Assembly (NCBI GenBank): GCA_020137815.1 | Contig: CM035357.1 | Span: forward strand, 4,216,001-4,280,000 | Origin: Hormiphora californensis | Taxonomy: Eukaryota > Animalia > Ctenophora | Length of the DNA: 64,000 bases | Direction of reading: 5' to 3' | Shown: positions 1-11,441 of the stretch, in pieces | Layout of the letters: the number at the start of each line of letters is the position of its first letter | Position numbering within the stretch: the stretch's first letter is position 1 | Notes under the pieces: generated by a model | What the model was told of the DNA's origin: nothing | Databases searched by the model: none | The model's input: the letters and a program-made list of their open reading frames with translations, nothing else | Made by a program: the position numbers and the translations under genes

Positions 1-1658
1 CGCCAAAAAGTGGCGCTAACAACTAGCGCTCAAGGGTTACTTAGTCGAAATTTTAAAGTTGGCGCTAATGATTGGCGCCAATTTTCCATCCTATGACCCT
101 AAATATTCAACAAATTGGCGCCAACTTTCGCCAGAGTTGGCGCCAAAACTTAGGGTCAAGGATGGGTGGCGCCAATTTCAGAATTGGCGCCAATTTTTTA
201 AGGTTCACCCAAGTGAACCGCCAAAAGCCGGCGCCAAAAAGAGCTTTGGCGCCAAAAAAACCGGCGCCAAATCGCGTTTTGGCGCCGGTATTTTTTATTG
301 GCGATAATATTTGGCGCCAATAATGGTTTTTGGCGCCAAAAAATCGAAAATTGGCGCCAAAAATTGGTCACTTAGGGTCATGACCCTTTTACCCAAATTG
401 GCGCTAATTTGGCGCCAATCGCCATTTTGGCGCCAATTTGGCGCTTAGTTGGCGATTTTTATCCAATCGCCAATTTGGCGCTAAATTGGCGCCAAGCAGC
501 GCCATTTGGCGCCAAATTGGCGCTAATTTGGCGCCAATCGCCATTTTGGCGCCATTTTGGCGCTTAGTTGGCGATTTTTATCCAATCGCCAATTTGGCGC
601 TAAATTGGCGCCAAGCAGCGCCATTTGGCGCCAAATTGGCGCTAATTTGGCGTCAATCGCCATTTTGGCGCCAAATTGGCGCTAAGTTGGCGGCAATCGC
701 CAAGCAGCGCTAAGTTGGCGATTTGTGTCCAATCGCCAATTTGGCGCCAAATTGGCGCTAAGTTGGCGACAATCGCCAAGCAGCGCCAATTTGGGGTAAA
801 AGGGTCATGACCCTAAGTGACCAATTTTTGGCGCCAATTTTCGATTTTTTGGCGCCAAAAACCATTATTGGCGCCAAATATTATCGCCAATAAAAAATAC
901 CGGCGCCAAAACGCGATTTGGCGCCGGTTTTTTTGGCGCCAAAGCTCTTTTTGGCGCCGGCTTTTGGCGGTTCACTTGGGTGAACCTTAAAAAATTGGCG
1001 CCAATTCTGAAATTGGCGCCACCCATCCTTGACCCTAAGTTTTTGGCGCCAATTATTCATCATGTGCCCCTTTTGTAATAAAATCGGTGCCAGAAACTCG
1101 TTGGCGCCAATATATAGCGCCAATTTTTGGCGCCAATTATTCATCCTGTGACGCTTTCGTAACAAAATATTGGCCCAAAATGATGTAAATTGGCGCCAAT
1201 TTATGGCGCCAATTTATGGCGCCACATGAATTTTGTAATTTGCCGTCGGTAGAAATGCTTGGAGTGGTGATGATGATGGAGTAACCTATATTAAGCGTGC
1301 AACACTAGCGTGCAACAATTACCACTTTTGCCCGTGCGAATCAAGTGGTTGTTATGGCGGGTAGGCAAGGTCAACGGCGTGAATACTGCACGTGCATGTT
1401 GTTGGATGCGTGTTATGTGTTCGGGTGTTCCTGGCTCCTGCCATCTACAACTGGGGTTCCCATGATTGCCAAAGCTTTCCTACCTATAGGTACGTACGCA
1501 CGTACGTATACGTACCCCCGATACAGCTCCAGTTCTACGAATCTTTATCACCTGATTCAATATATTTGAAGGGAACCTCTTCCTCAATCCTTATCACCAT
1601 CCCTACCACTCTACCAACCTTTATATTCTTCAGCCCGACATGATGAAAGAGATGGAGT

Positions 1659-1736
<78 letters not shown>

Positions 1737-1812
1737 GAGAGAGTGAGAGAGAGAGTGAGAGAGAGAGAGAGAGAGAGACAGAGAGAGAGAGAGACAGAGG
1801 GGGACAGAGAGA
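1659..1812. repeat. (GA)n microsatellite
   Basis: Directly visible dinucleotide run. Confidence 0.95.
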
Positions 1813-1977
1813 AAGATAGAGATTAAGATCAACGGAGGTACAGCCAACGGGGATCGACTAATGTCTAACATGCAGGGTTCAACCAACAGGCTTTCTTGTC
1901 CCTAAGATCTGTTACTTGACACTCCGTATATTAATTTTCAATAATGTACCTAAATTAAAGCCAGTACCTAATGTTAA

Positions 1978-2446
1978 AGTGAGAGTGGACGGAATCAGAA
2001 TTGGACAAGTTTGTTGTAGGTAGTAGAGATTAGCTTTCTGAGCATTTTGCGTTTTTGCCGCTCAAAATCGACCCACCGATCACTGAGATATTTTTGTTAT
2101 GTTGGGAGAACTCCTGTTTAATCAGTATGTATAAAACAGAATAGAAAAAATCGTGGTGTTTTACTAACACATTCTGAATATAAGCAGTGAGGTAGACATG
2201 TCCATGCACAGAAGCAGGGCAATGCTAGCCAGCATATTAGAAATTTAAAGAATGTGTTAGTAAAACACAAGGATTGTTTCTATCCTGTTTGATAAATATT
2301 GCTCTAGCAAGAATTCTCCCAACATAACAAAAATATCTCAGTGATGGGTGGGTCGATTTTGAGCGGTAAAAACGCAAAATGCTCAGAAAGCTAATCTCTA
2401 CTACCTACAACGAACTTGTCCAATTCTGATCCGGTCCACTCTCACT
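1978..2446. mobile_element. Non-autonomous DNA transposon (MITE), Kolobok-like
   Basis: Long imperfect TIRs AGTGAGAGTGGAC...GTCCACTCTCACT flanked by TTAA (1974-1977, 2447-2450). A TTAA target with AG..CT termini fits Kolobok better than piggyBac (CC..GG). An isolated end recurs near 60006-60035. Confidence 0.8.
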
Positions 2447-2583
2447 TTAAATGGTATTCCTCCACGTTTGAAGGGCCCAGTTACAACTGGAAAGATGGTG
2501 TGACGAGTTTCGGGGTCAGACATTGTGGTAGTACCACTGGTAATGAAAGTTATCCGCACAAATGCCAGCGTCCGCAAACTGAG

Positions 2584-2654
2584 CTGTCTGGCGGCGCCAG
2601 ACAGCTCTGACAGATCCTGACAGTGCGCTCAGATGGGGTCACGACGTCAGACAG
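2584..2654. mobile_element. 71-bp CTGTC...GACAG micro-element
   Basis: Termini CTGTCTG/CAGACAG; 8-bp flanks AAACTGAG / AAACTGAA. Confidence 0.75.
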
Positions 2655-4717
2655 AAACTGAATATTTTGTTTTTTTGGCGCCAATAATTGGTGCTAATAA
2701 ATTGGCGCCAAAAAGTGGCGCTAACAACTAGCGCTCAAGGGTTAGTTAGCCGAAATTTTAAAGTTGGCGCTAATAATTGGCGCCAATTTTCCATCCTATG
2801 ACCCTAAATATTCAACAAATTGGCGCCAACAGTTGGCGCCAACTTTCGCCAGAGTTGGCGCCAAAACTTAGGGTCAAGGATGGGTGGCGCCAATTTCAGA
2901 ATTGGCGCCAATTTTTTAAGGTTCACCCAAGTGAACCGCCAAAAGCCGGCGCCAAAAAGAGCTTTGGCGCCAAAAAAACCGGCGCCAAATCGCGTTTTGG
3001 CGCCGGTATTTTTTATTGGCGATAATATTTGGCGCCAATAATGGTTTTTGGCGCCAAAAAATCGAAAATTGGCGCCAAAAATTGGTCACTTAGGGTCATG
3101 ACCCTTTTACCCAATTTGGCGCCAATTTGGCGCTAAGTTGGCGATTTGTATCTAATCGCCAATTTAGCGCCAAATTGGCGCCATATGGCGCCATTTGGCG
3201 CCACTTGGCGATAGGAATTCCTCTGATGGACGTTATGAATATTTGGAATTTTAGGTACTATCGCCAATTTGGCGCCAATTTGGCGCCACTTGGCGATGGA
3301 CACAGTTTATTCAGACAAATTCGCATCGCCACGTGGCGGTACCGCCAAATACCGCCAACACTTGGCGATTTACAATCGCCACGTGGCGCCACTTGGCGCC
3401 ACGTGGCGCCATTTGGCGCCAAAAAATGGTAGAAGGGCCACGGCCCTTGAACACCGCCACGTGGCGGTTTTAACCGCCACGTGGCCCCTGGACGTGGCGT
3501 CAATTCTCAGGACGTGGCGCCAATGAGCCTTTTTGGCGGTGTTCATGTGGCGTTAATAGTCGAAATTGGCGCTTCGAATTGGCGCTATTCTTTTATGGCC
3601 CCAGGGACGTGGCGTTGGCCCCAGGACGTGGCGTCAATTTTTGAGTGGCGGAGATGTCAAAATTTTTTGGCGCTTTCGGATGACGCCACACCCGAAAAAA
3701 TCGAATCGCCAATTTGTTTTTTTGGCCTATCATTTGGCGCTAATTTTTGGCGCTAATTTTTTGGCGCCATATAAATTGGCGCCATATAAACTGATGCCAG
3801 AAACCCCCTAGTGGCCCCTAGGGACCCCCAGGAGGCGCTAGAGTCACCTAAAAGCCCCCTAGAAGGCTCCAAGAGACCCCTCGATGCCACTAGAGTCGAT
3901 TAGAGTCCCTCAAAAGCCCAGAAAGATCGAATGCAGCCCCAGATGAGCACACAAGGCCCCCAAAAAGCCATCAGAGTTCTCTAGAGTCCCCTGAAACGCC
4001 CCAAGAGGACACCAGAGGTCCCTGAATGCCCGTAGAAGTCCCTAAAGACCCACAGAGGCATCAAGGATTGAACAGTTAAAAAAGAGCTGTGTTTATGTAA
4101 ATATATCGCCATGCAAGAACTCAATTAGCGCCATGTAAATGGCACTAATAATTACTTTGGCGCTTTGATGTGGCGGAGTTTATGTGGCGCCAATTATGTG
4201 GCGTCAATTATTGACGCCACACCGAAAATTCAAAAAACCACGTGGCGCTAAAATCGACTAAAAATCCATTGGCGCCATCCACTCAAAAATTGACGCCACG
4301 TCCTGGGGCCAACGCCACGTCCCTGGGGCCATAAAAGAATAGCGCCAATTCGAAGCGCCAATTTCGACTATTAACGCCACATGAACACCGCCAAAAAGGC
4401 TCATTGGCGCCACGTCCTGAGAATTGACGCCACGTCCAGGGGCCACGTGGCGGTTAAAACTGCCACGTGGCGGTGTTCAAGGGCCGTGGCCCTTCTACCC
4501 AAAAAATCGCCAACTTGGCGCCATTTTGGCGCCAAATTGGCGGTTGTGCGCAGTCGCCAAATTTTGGCGCCATTTGGCGCTAAAATATCGCCACGTGGCG
4601 CCACGTGGCGCCAAAATGGCGCCAAATGGCGCCAAAAAGTGCGCACGACCTTAACTACCATACTACCCATTGCACCACCACATCAGTGAGCTTGCGCTGA
4701 GGGGTAATTTCATTACC

Positions 4718-4847
4718 AATACCGCACAATACCCAACAATACCCCCACAATACCGCACAATACCCCACAATACCCCACAATACCCCACAATACCCCCACA
4801 ATACCCCACAATACCCCACAATACCCCACAATACCCCACAATACCAC
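4718..4847. repeat. Intronic 10-bp tandem repeat (ATACCCCACA)n
   Basis: About 13 units running directly into the splice acceptor at 4848-4849. Confidence 0.9.
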
Positions 4848-4849
4848 AG

Positions 4850-7800
4850 GACAGTATTGTGGTGCCGAGGGACTCTTTGCTCCCACTGGACCCTGTGATG
4901 CTGGATACTACTGCGAGGAAGGGGCTACCACCGCTCAGCAGGTGAGTTGGGCCGAATAGCCCCAGTGCACCCTTACAAATTGAGCGTGACGACTTCTGCG
5001 AGTAGAGGGACAGTGTAAAATAAAATCGTCTTACATTATACCCACCCCCCCCCCTCTTAGAACGAGTGCCCCGCTGGTAACTTCTGTCCTACTGGAAGTT
5101 CCTCCCCTGCTACCTGTGACTCTGGTACCTACCAGCCTGCTGTTGCTTCTGCCGAATGCAACCCCTGTGATGCCGGATCTTACTGTGGAGAAGGTAGGTG
5201 AAACAGCTGCAGCTGTGAAACACTGTTCACTGTTCACTGTTTACTAGGGCCGTGTGTGTAATGTCCCACCACACACTGTTTCAGTGTTTCAAACATTACA
5301 CAAAGTACTCTAGCTAGATCTAATCTTAAAAACAGCCCCCTTTTTGTTGGTATACGACGTCTTAGGAACCATATTTACCGGCACTACCCCCAGCTCTCTT
5401 CCAAATATCCCTTTCTCCCTTCAGAGGGCCTAGTAACCCCCAGTGGACTGTGCTTAGCCGGATACTTCTGTCCCTCGGGCAGCTCCACTCCCACCGCCAA
5501 CATCTCCCCTGCGGGACACTATGCCCCTGAGGGATCCGCCAGTGCTACACCCTGCCCTGTTGCCACCTTTAATTCTGAAGAGGGAGCTGCTGCGGTGACT
5601 GAGTGTGCCCCTTGTTCTGCTGGGTTCTACTGTGCTGAAAGTAAGGGAGAATTCTTGGCTATTCCTTGAAAATTTCCCTGAAATCTCAGGGAATAGCCGT
5701 CACTGAACCCTGAGATATTGCAGGTCTCAGGGGTAAATAGCTGTGAACGAGGGGGTTAGTGAGATCAGATCCTAATAATATCCCCATTTAGGCGGTCTTG
5801 TTCAACCCACTGGTGCCTGCTCCGCTGGATATTACTGCCCTGCTGGAAGCTCCTCCGCGACTGAGGTAAGACTGTTATTGAAATGATGTGAGTCTGTGAT
5901 GGGAAGCTGTGATTAGTTAGGCATGTACATCATATGGGCCTGTGACTAGTCGTGCAAACTGTAGTGATACAAAGCTTGTAGGAGTAAAGTATTGTGACAT
6001 ATTGATCAGAAAGTATACTAGATTCCACTCACACACCTCCTCAGAACATGTCCCCCGCTGGACACTACGCTCCTGAGGGTTCCGCTGTCCCTACTCCCTG
6101 CCCTGTTTCCACCTACAATCCTAACACTGCCTCCGCCTCTGTTGATGAGTGTCTGTCATGCCCTGAGGGCAAGGTAAGTGGTAACTATGGAAACAAAGAG
6201 AATCCGGTAACCATGGAGACAGAATGTATAGAATCCAATATGGTCACCACATGTAAACTACCTAGTTGGGTAAATTGCCATCATCCTAAACTACACATGT
6301 CTAACATTTGACTTTATGTTACAGTCCAGTGCCGAGGGATCTTCCTCCATTGATATGTGTCTGGATCAGGATTGCAGCCCCGGATGGTACAAGGACCCCT
6401 CAAAGGGATGCATCATCTGCCCCAAGGGTATGTGATGATCTTGATTCGCTTCAATTAAACTCTATGATTGCCATGAAATGTTGTTTTATCCCAACTGAAA
6501 ATGCCAGTATAGAAACCACATTGACTTCCCCAATTCTAGAACCCACCCGCCCACCCGCCCACTCGCTCCCAAATATATCATCGCCCCTTTGTTTAGCACC
6601 GTTAAGTTCCACCCCCCCTTCAGGTACGTTCAGCAACATTGTGAACGCTGTTGCCTGCCGAAAGTGTCCCCGACACCAGTACAACTCTGCTGAAGGATCT
6701 GATCAGTGTATGAAGTGCCCCGATACTGCCTACACCTGGGAGGAGGGTACTGGCGATTTTGATCAGTGCATCGGACCTGTCATCAAGGTACCGTGGTTAC
6801 CATAGTAACTTAGTTGATACTCTTCTCTTTCCGGTTGGTACAGATGCTAGCCATGTGGTACGCTTGGGTGCTAGTTAATATTAACAATCAAATATTCCCA
6901 CAGGTTTGCAGTGAGAAGGATATGGAGGGAACCTGTTACAAGTACTACGATGACAACCTACACCTGAACTTTACAGCTGGATCTCTGGAGGTCATCCGAG
7001 GAGAGTTTGAACTTTATGAAAAGAGCAACTTCCGAGGTATAATAACAATGCTCTTTTTTAACTTTGCTCCTTTTGTAAAAAAGTTGCTCATTTTCAGGAT
7101 AAATTTGCTGATTTTAATAACTGTTCATGGCTTGATTGTGCTCATATTTTCATCATATCTCCCCATACAGTATACAACCAACTTAACATCTCTCTTCCTA
7201 CAGCCAACTTAATATCTCTCTTCCTACAGCCAACATAACATCTCTCTCTCTACAGCCAACTTCGTGGTCGTCTCTGAAGCTGATGGAGCCAAGAATGTTG
7301 AAGAGCTCATCTATACCATGCAGTCTCTGAAACCCATCCTTAATGACGTCTTCTGTTACCTAGAACAAGGGTGGAAGTTCCATGGACGAGTTCGAGATGT
7401 TTCCAAGAGCGGAAAGGTATACTTGGAATTCTCTCTAGTTTTTATCAATATCATGTTGGGATCATGATACTGGGGAAAACAAGATTGTGCCTGAATCTCA
7501 GGTTCAGACACGACTGTTTCCACTATTGGTGTTGTATGCACCAGCTCCCTAGTGCAGCTATGATTAATATCTTCCTCTCTCTCAGCCTTGTATCAACTGG
7601 AAGCGAACTCCCATGGCTGGGCGGGCCTCTCCCAACCACTACTGCCAGAACCCCAACGGTGTGAACCTCCGAGACAAACCTTTCTGCTACATCAGGTATA
7701 GGAAAACGTGTGACCACTGTCTTAATCATATACCATTATACCAAGCTGATTTGACAAGCTGTGAACAGTCACAGGAACCAACAAGTTTTCTTAATGTCAT

Positions 7801-8735
7801 TTGTTCTTGTCCTAGTAGATTTTAGAGTATATTGAAGAAGTTTTCTAACGGCCACCTCTTCCCTGTAGTGAAACTGAGTCCGAGGAGTGTGATATTCCCG
7901 AGTGTGTCTGGGACAAGGATTGTTATACTGGTATTGGTGTTCACTACAGGTACATTATGAGACACATTTTGCACAGACAAACACGGAGACACTGACAGAC
8001 ATACAGATCATAGATACAGATCATAGATCACATACCGACAGACGGCCGATACGGACAGACATAGTCTGTGTGGCAAACTGCAATGTCTTTCTATCTGACA
8101 GATAATATCTGTGGCAATGTCTGTCTGTCTGTCTCAGCTGTGTACGTCGGTGTCACAGACAAAACATCCGACTGAGTTACCACGTCAATATCAAAATAAT
8201 GCACACATAAGTGTTACGACGTTCACGTATTATGACATCTCAAAGCTAATTATAACCACGAGAGCTAGATCCCAAGGCTAAAGAGCAGAGATAATTACGT
8301 CTCATATATTTAACCAGCCCCTGACCCCTCAATTTCTGTTTCCAGGGGAGACACCAAGCAAACATGGAGCGGACGAAACTGCCAAAACTGGAACTCCGAT
8401 TTCCCCCATCCCCATAGTTACCATTCCCCCAAGTACAATTGGGCCGGTGTGGGTGACCACAACAAGTGCAGGAATCCTGATGGAGAGGGACAACCTTGGT
8501 GTTACACTACCAACCTGTTCCACAGGTATTTCGTGTTGCTAGGGGGGGGGGGTTTAGTTGCTAAGGGGATGTGTTGTTACCAGGGAGATATTTAGTTGAT
8601 ATGTATGGTTGCTATGGGGATGTTTGATAGGTTTCTACTCCGAATAAAAAATAACAATTCGTCCTTTTCCCTAGGTGGAACTACTGTGACATTGCCCGGT
8701 GCAACAGGGACAAGTTCGATTTCTACCGATTCTAA
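4850..8735 (+). CDS. 3' part of a multi-exon extracellular protein: GCC2/GCC3 (ephrin-receptor-like, CPxGxYC) Cys repeats + beta/gamma-crystallin-like domain + two kringle domains
   Basis: GT-AG exons at ~4850-4941, 5061-5193, 5425-5640, 5792-5865, 6045-6173, 6324-6427, 6624-6787, 6905-7036, 7255-7417, 7586-7695, 7869-7949, 8346-8525, 8675-8735. They splice to CDAGYYCEEG..CPAGNFCPTGS..CLAGYFCPSGS; VIKVCSEKDMEGTC...SLEVIRGEFELYEKSNF (Greek key); CYLEQG..PCINW..NHYCQNPNG..KPFCY; CYTGIGVHYRG..SGRNCQNW..HNKCRNPDGEGQPWCYTT..WNYCDIARC; stop TAA 8733-8735. The N-terminus is not in the window. Confidence 0.85.
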
Positions 8736-8832
8736 ACTCGATCCAGCTTCATTAAGAAATGATTATTTAAATGTACAAATTATTTGAGAATAATTACAAA
8801 ATTTTCGAGTTTAAAGTTTTACAATTTCAAAA

Positions 8833-10657
8833 TCAAGATGCAGCTTTGTTCTTTTTCAGTTCCTTTAATCGTTTAATCTTGTAGCGAAGGAGGAACTTGT
8901 CCCTTCCAAGTTCACCACAGGACCTTAAAAACGACTCAATGTCAATTGTTTTTCGCTTTTTAGCCTCTGTCAACACGTTTAAACAGTCATCAAGCGCCCT
9001 TCCTTCCGCCCTTAGCAACATAATTTCATTTGACATAGAGTCCCTAGCAACGACCTGGTTATCCACTGAGTGTCCCGCATTATCCCGCATCCTCCTAATT
9101 GTCTCTCCCACCTCAGCCACCTCACCTCTTACCACCTCAACCCCCTCACAACACTCTACAAGGTGTCCCCTAACTACCCCCAGCTCCTCCCTAACCTCCT
9201 CATTCTCCACCTCCAATTGTTCATTCCTCGCCTCAACCTCACTCACCTCATCCTCAATCTCATCTCGGTACCTCATCAGTTCCTCACCAATCGCTGTTAT
9301 CATTTCAAATCTTTGTTCGAGCGAGGAGCAACCAGCAGATGATTCTGTTACTTGTTGGAGGGAGGAACTAGGGCGGGGAGAGTCAACCATTATTGACCTT
9401 TGTTGAAAACTCTCCCTTTCTGTTGTGGTTTCTGGAAGAAGTTCTTGTTTCTCAACTTGAACAAGGTCATCTAATCCCTTCTCCTCATGTTGGTCCCTAC
9501 CTTTCTCAGCAGACCCTGCTTTTTCCATAGACCCACCTCTCTCGACAGACTCTGCCTTTTCTATAGACCCACCTCTCTCGACAGACTCTGCTTTTTCCAT
9601 AGACCCACCTCTCTCAACAGAGCTGCCTTTGAAGAAAGGTGACGGGGATAAAGACCGCTTTTCGTACAAAGCATGTCCAATATGGTTGACAATTCCATCC
9701 ACCAGTTCACTTAGAATGGGCGTGGCACTCCAGTGAGTTAGGAGGTCGTTGTTAAGGAGTCCGTCCTCTGTCACCCCTAGCAACGGGTCACCTGAAAATA
9801 CGGAGTTCCTATTAGTTCCAATTAGGAACTGTAAAATCATTCATTCTGAACCTGTTTCAATGTTTCGCGGCGCTAGTCCAACCTGTACTGGCTCGATTCT
9901 GCAAGTGCATTTTCAAATCGAAACTTACTGCTCGCCCAACACACTCTTTACATGTTGAGTAAGGAATAGGAATGGCACTATAGCTATAGTAACTCGAATT
10001 ATAATTAATCAATTATGATTGATTACTAGAATTGTAACTAATTACCAGCATAATCAGGTACATAGACCAGGGGTGGTTCAAGGGGGTAGGTTTCAGTCAG
10101 GATCATTCTCAGGAACACAACCTGATCCTCATCCTCCGGACAGTGATCTTCCTCCTCCTGGTCCAGGTTAAACAACATCTCCCCCTCGAGAGTTATAAAG
10201 GTCTGCTCCTGTATGATGGATTGAATTTTTCATACTTTTTTATTCTAAAAGCATGCGGACAGTGTCAGGCGAATCTAGAAAAAAGAGCAGGAATGCTGGA
10301 GTGGAGTGTTCGAAAGCGAGTGGTGAGTTTAGAAAGTACTATTGAGTGGTGATCCAATACTACCCTGTAGTGTTATAGTGGTTGAGACGCCCGTAAACAC
10401 CTACCCCAGAACCGAAAGAGAGAGAGAAAAAGGGGAGACTGAGATGGGAATCAGGGAGAAAGTATTAGGGATAGACCTACCACAAGTTCTTGGAAGACCC
10501 ATTGAAATTCTTCATACTCTGCGAGGATCTCATTGACATCATCCAACATGACCTCTGGGTAGTGATACTCCTCTGGAATCAACTCTCGAATCAGGTAACG
10601 ATCAGTGCCTGATTGCGGGGTGACATCTTCCGCGCCACAAATCATGTCCTGTATCAT
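8833..10657 (-). CDS. TSG101: Divergent TSG101/Vps23-like ESCRT-I subunit (UEV - linker - coiled coil - steadiness box)
   Basis: Exons ~10657-10481, ~10210-10057, 9791-8833. UEV-like ITLEGEMLF...LRMILTETYPLNHPLVYV...GVTEDGLL..LLTHW; coiled coil; C-terminal AEGRALDDCLNVLTEAKKRKTIDIESFLRSCGELGRDKFLLR matches the Vps23-core pattern. Confidence 0.75.
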
Positions 10658-10677
10658 GGAATTGGAATCATATTATG

Positions 10678-10757
10678 GAGATTGGGCTACGCGTGAGATT
10701 GGGTAACGCGTGAGATTTGGTCACGCGTGAGATTTGGTAACGCATGAGATTGGGTCA
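10678..10757. repeat. 17-bp tandem repeat (GAGATTGGGTAACGCGT) x~4.5 just 5' of the TSG101-like start
   Basis: Visible tandem units carrying ACGCGT palindromes. Confidence 0.85.
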
Positions 10758-11140
10758 TGTTTCCATCGAAAAAGATATTACTGAACTAGTAAACATTGAA
10801 GCAGGTACATTACACACAGAGAGAAGACTGTTATAGCGCTCCAGCTAGGACCTTAGATGCTCCCATTTATTCAGTTGGCTAGCACACAATCACACTTGGC
10901 GCTGGTAAGGGATGCCTTCTCAACCTGTAGCGAGATGTAAATCAAGTAGCGACATGTTCAATCATTTCTTTCCAAACTCTGGCAGTGATAATTAATTAAT
11001 TATGTAATAGCTGTAGCTGTCCTTGATGAAAAAAGGTTTCTATCTTCATTGACGTATAATGACGAAGTTGTTGTTACGAAGGCACGTATTTTGTTATTTT
11101 ACCAGTTCATACTCCGTCCTATCGTCGGCTGACGTCACAA

Positions 11141-11320
<180 letters not shown>

Positions 11321-11441
11321 AAGATTGTTTACGTAGGGATAGCACCACACATCTGCGCCACAGTCAAGTGTTACATCCGTTTAGATTCGTTTGACTCGAT
11401 CACAACCACATACAAGTTTGAGCAGATACACATAAAACATT

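Larger units (their letters stand above)
1..4668. mobile_element. Right-hand part of a large composite foldback-type element built from TTGGCGCCAA/CCACGTGGCG motif arrays (left end outside window)
   Basis: Arm ~138-405 is inverted at ~783-1052; block 1-397 recurs directly at ~2706-3113; a second inverted pair lies at ~3428-3648 / ~4278-4499. It ends in CATACTACCC (4659-4668), the same terminus as the 23818-28152 element. It lies upstream of the first visible exon (4850), probably in an intron. Confidence 0.7.

Noticed and set aside
59-4689. Many 60-100 aa ORFs rich in WRQ/GAN/LAP
   Set aside because: Translations of the palindromic TTGGCGCCAA arrays in all frames; not coding.
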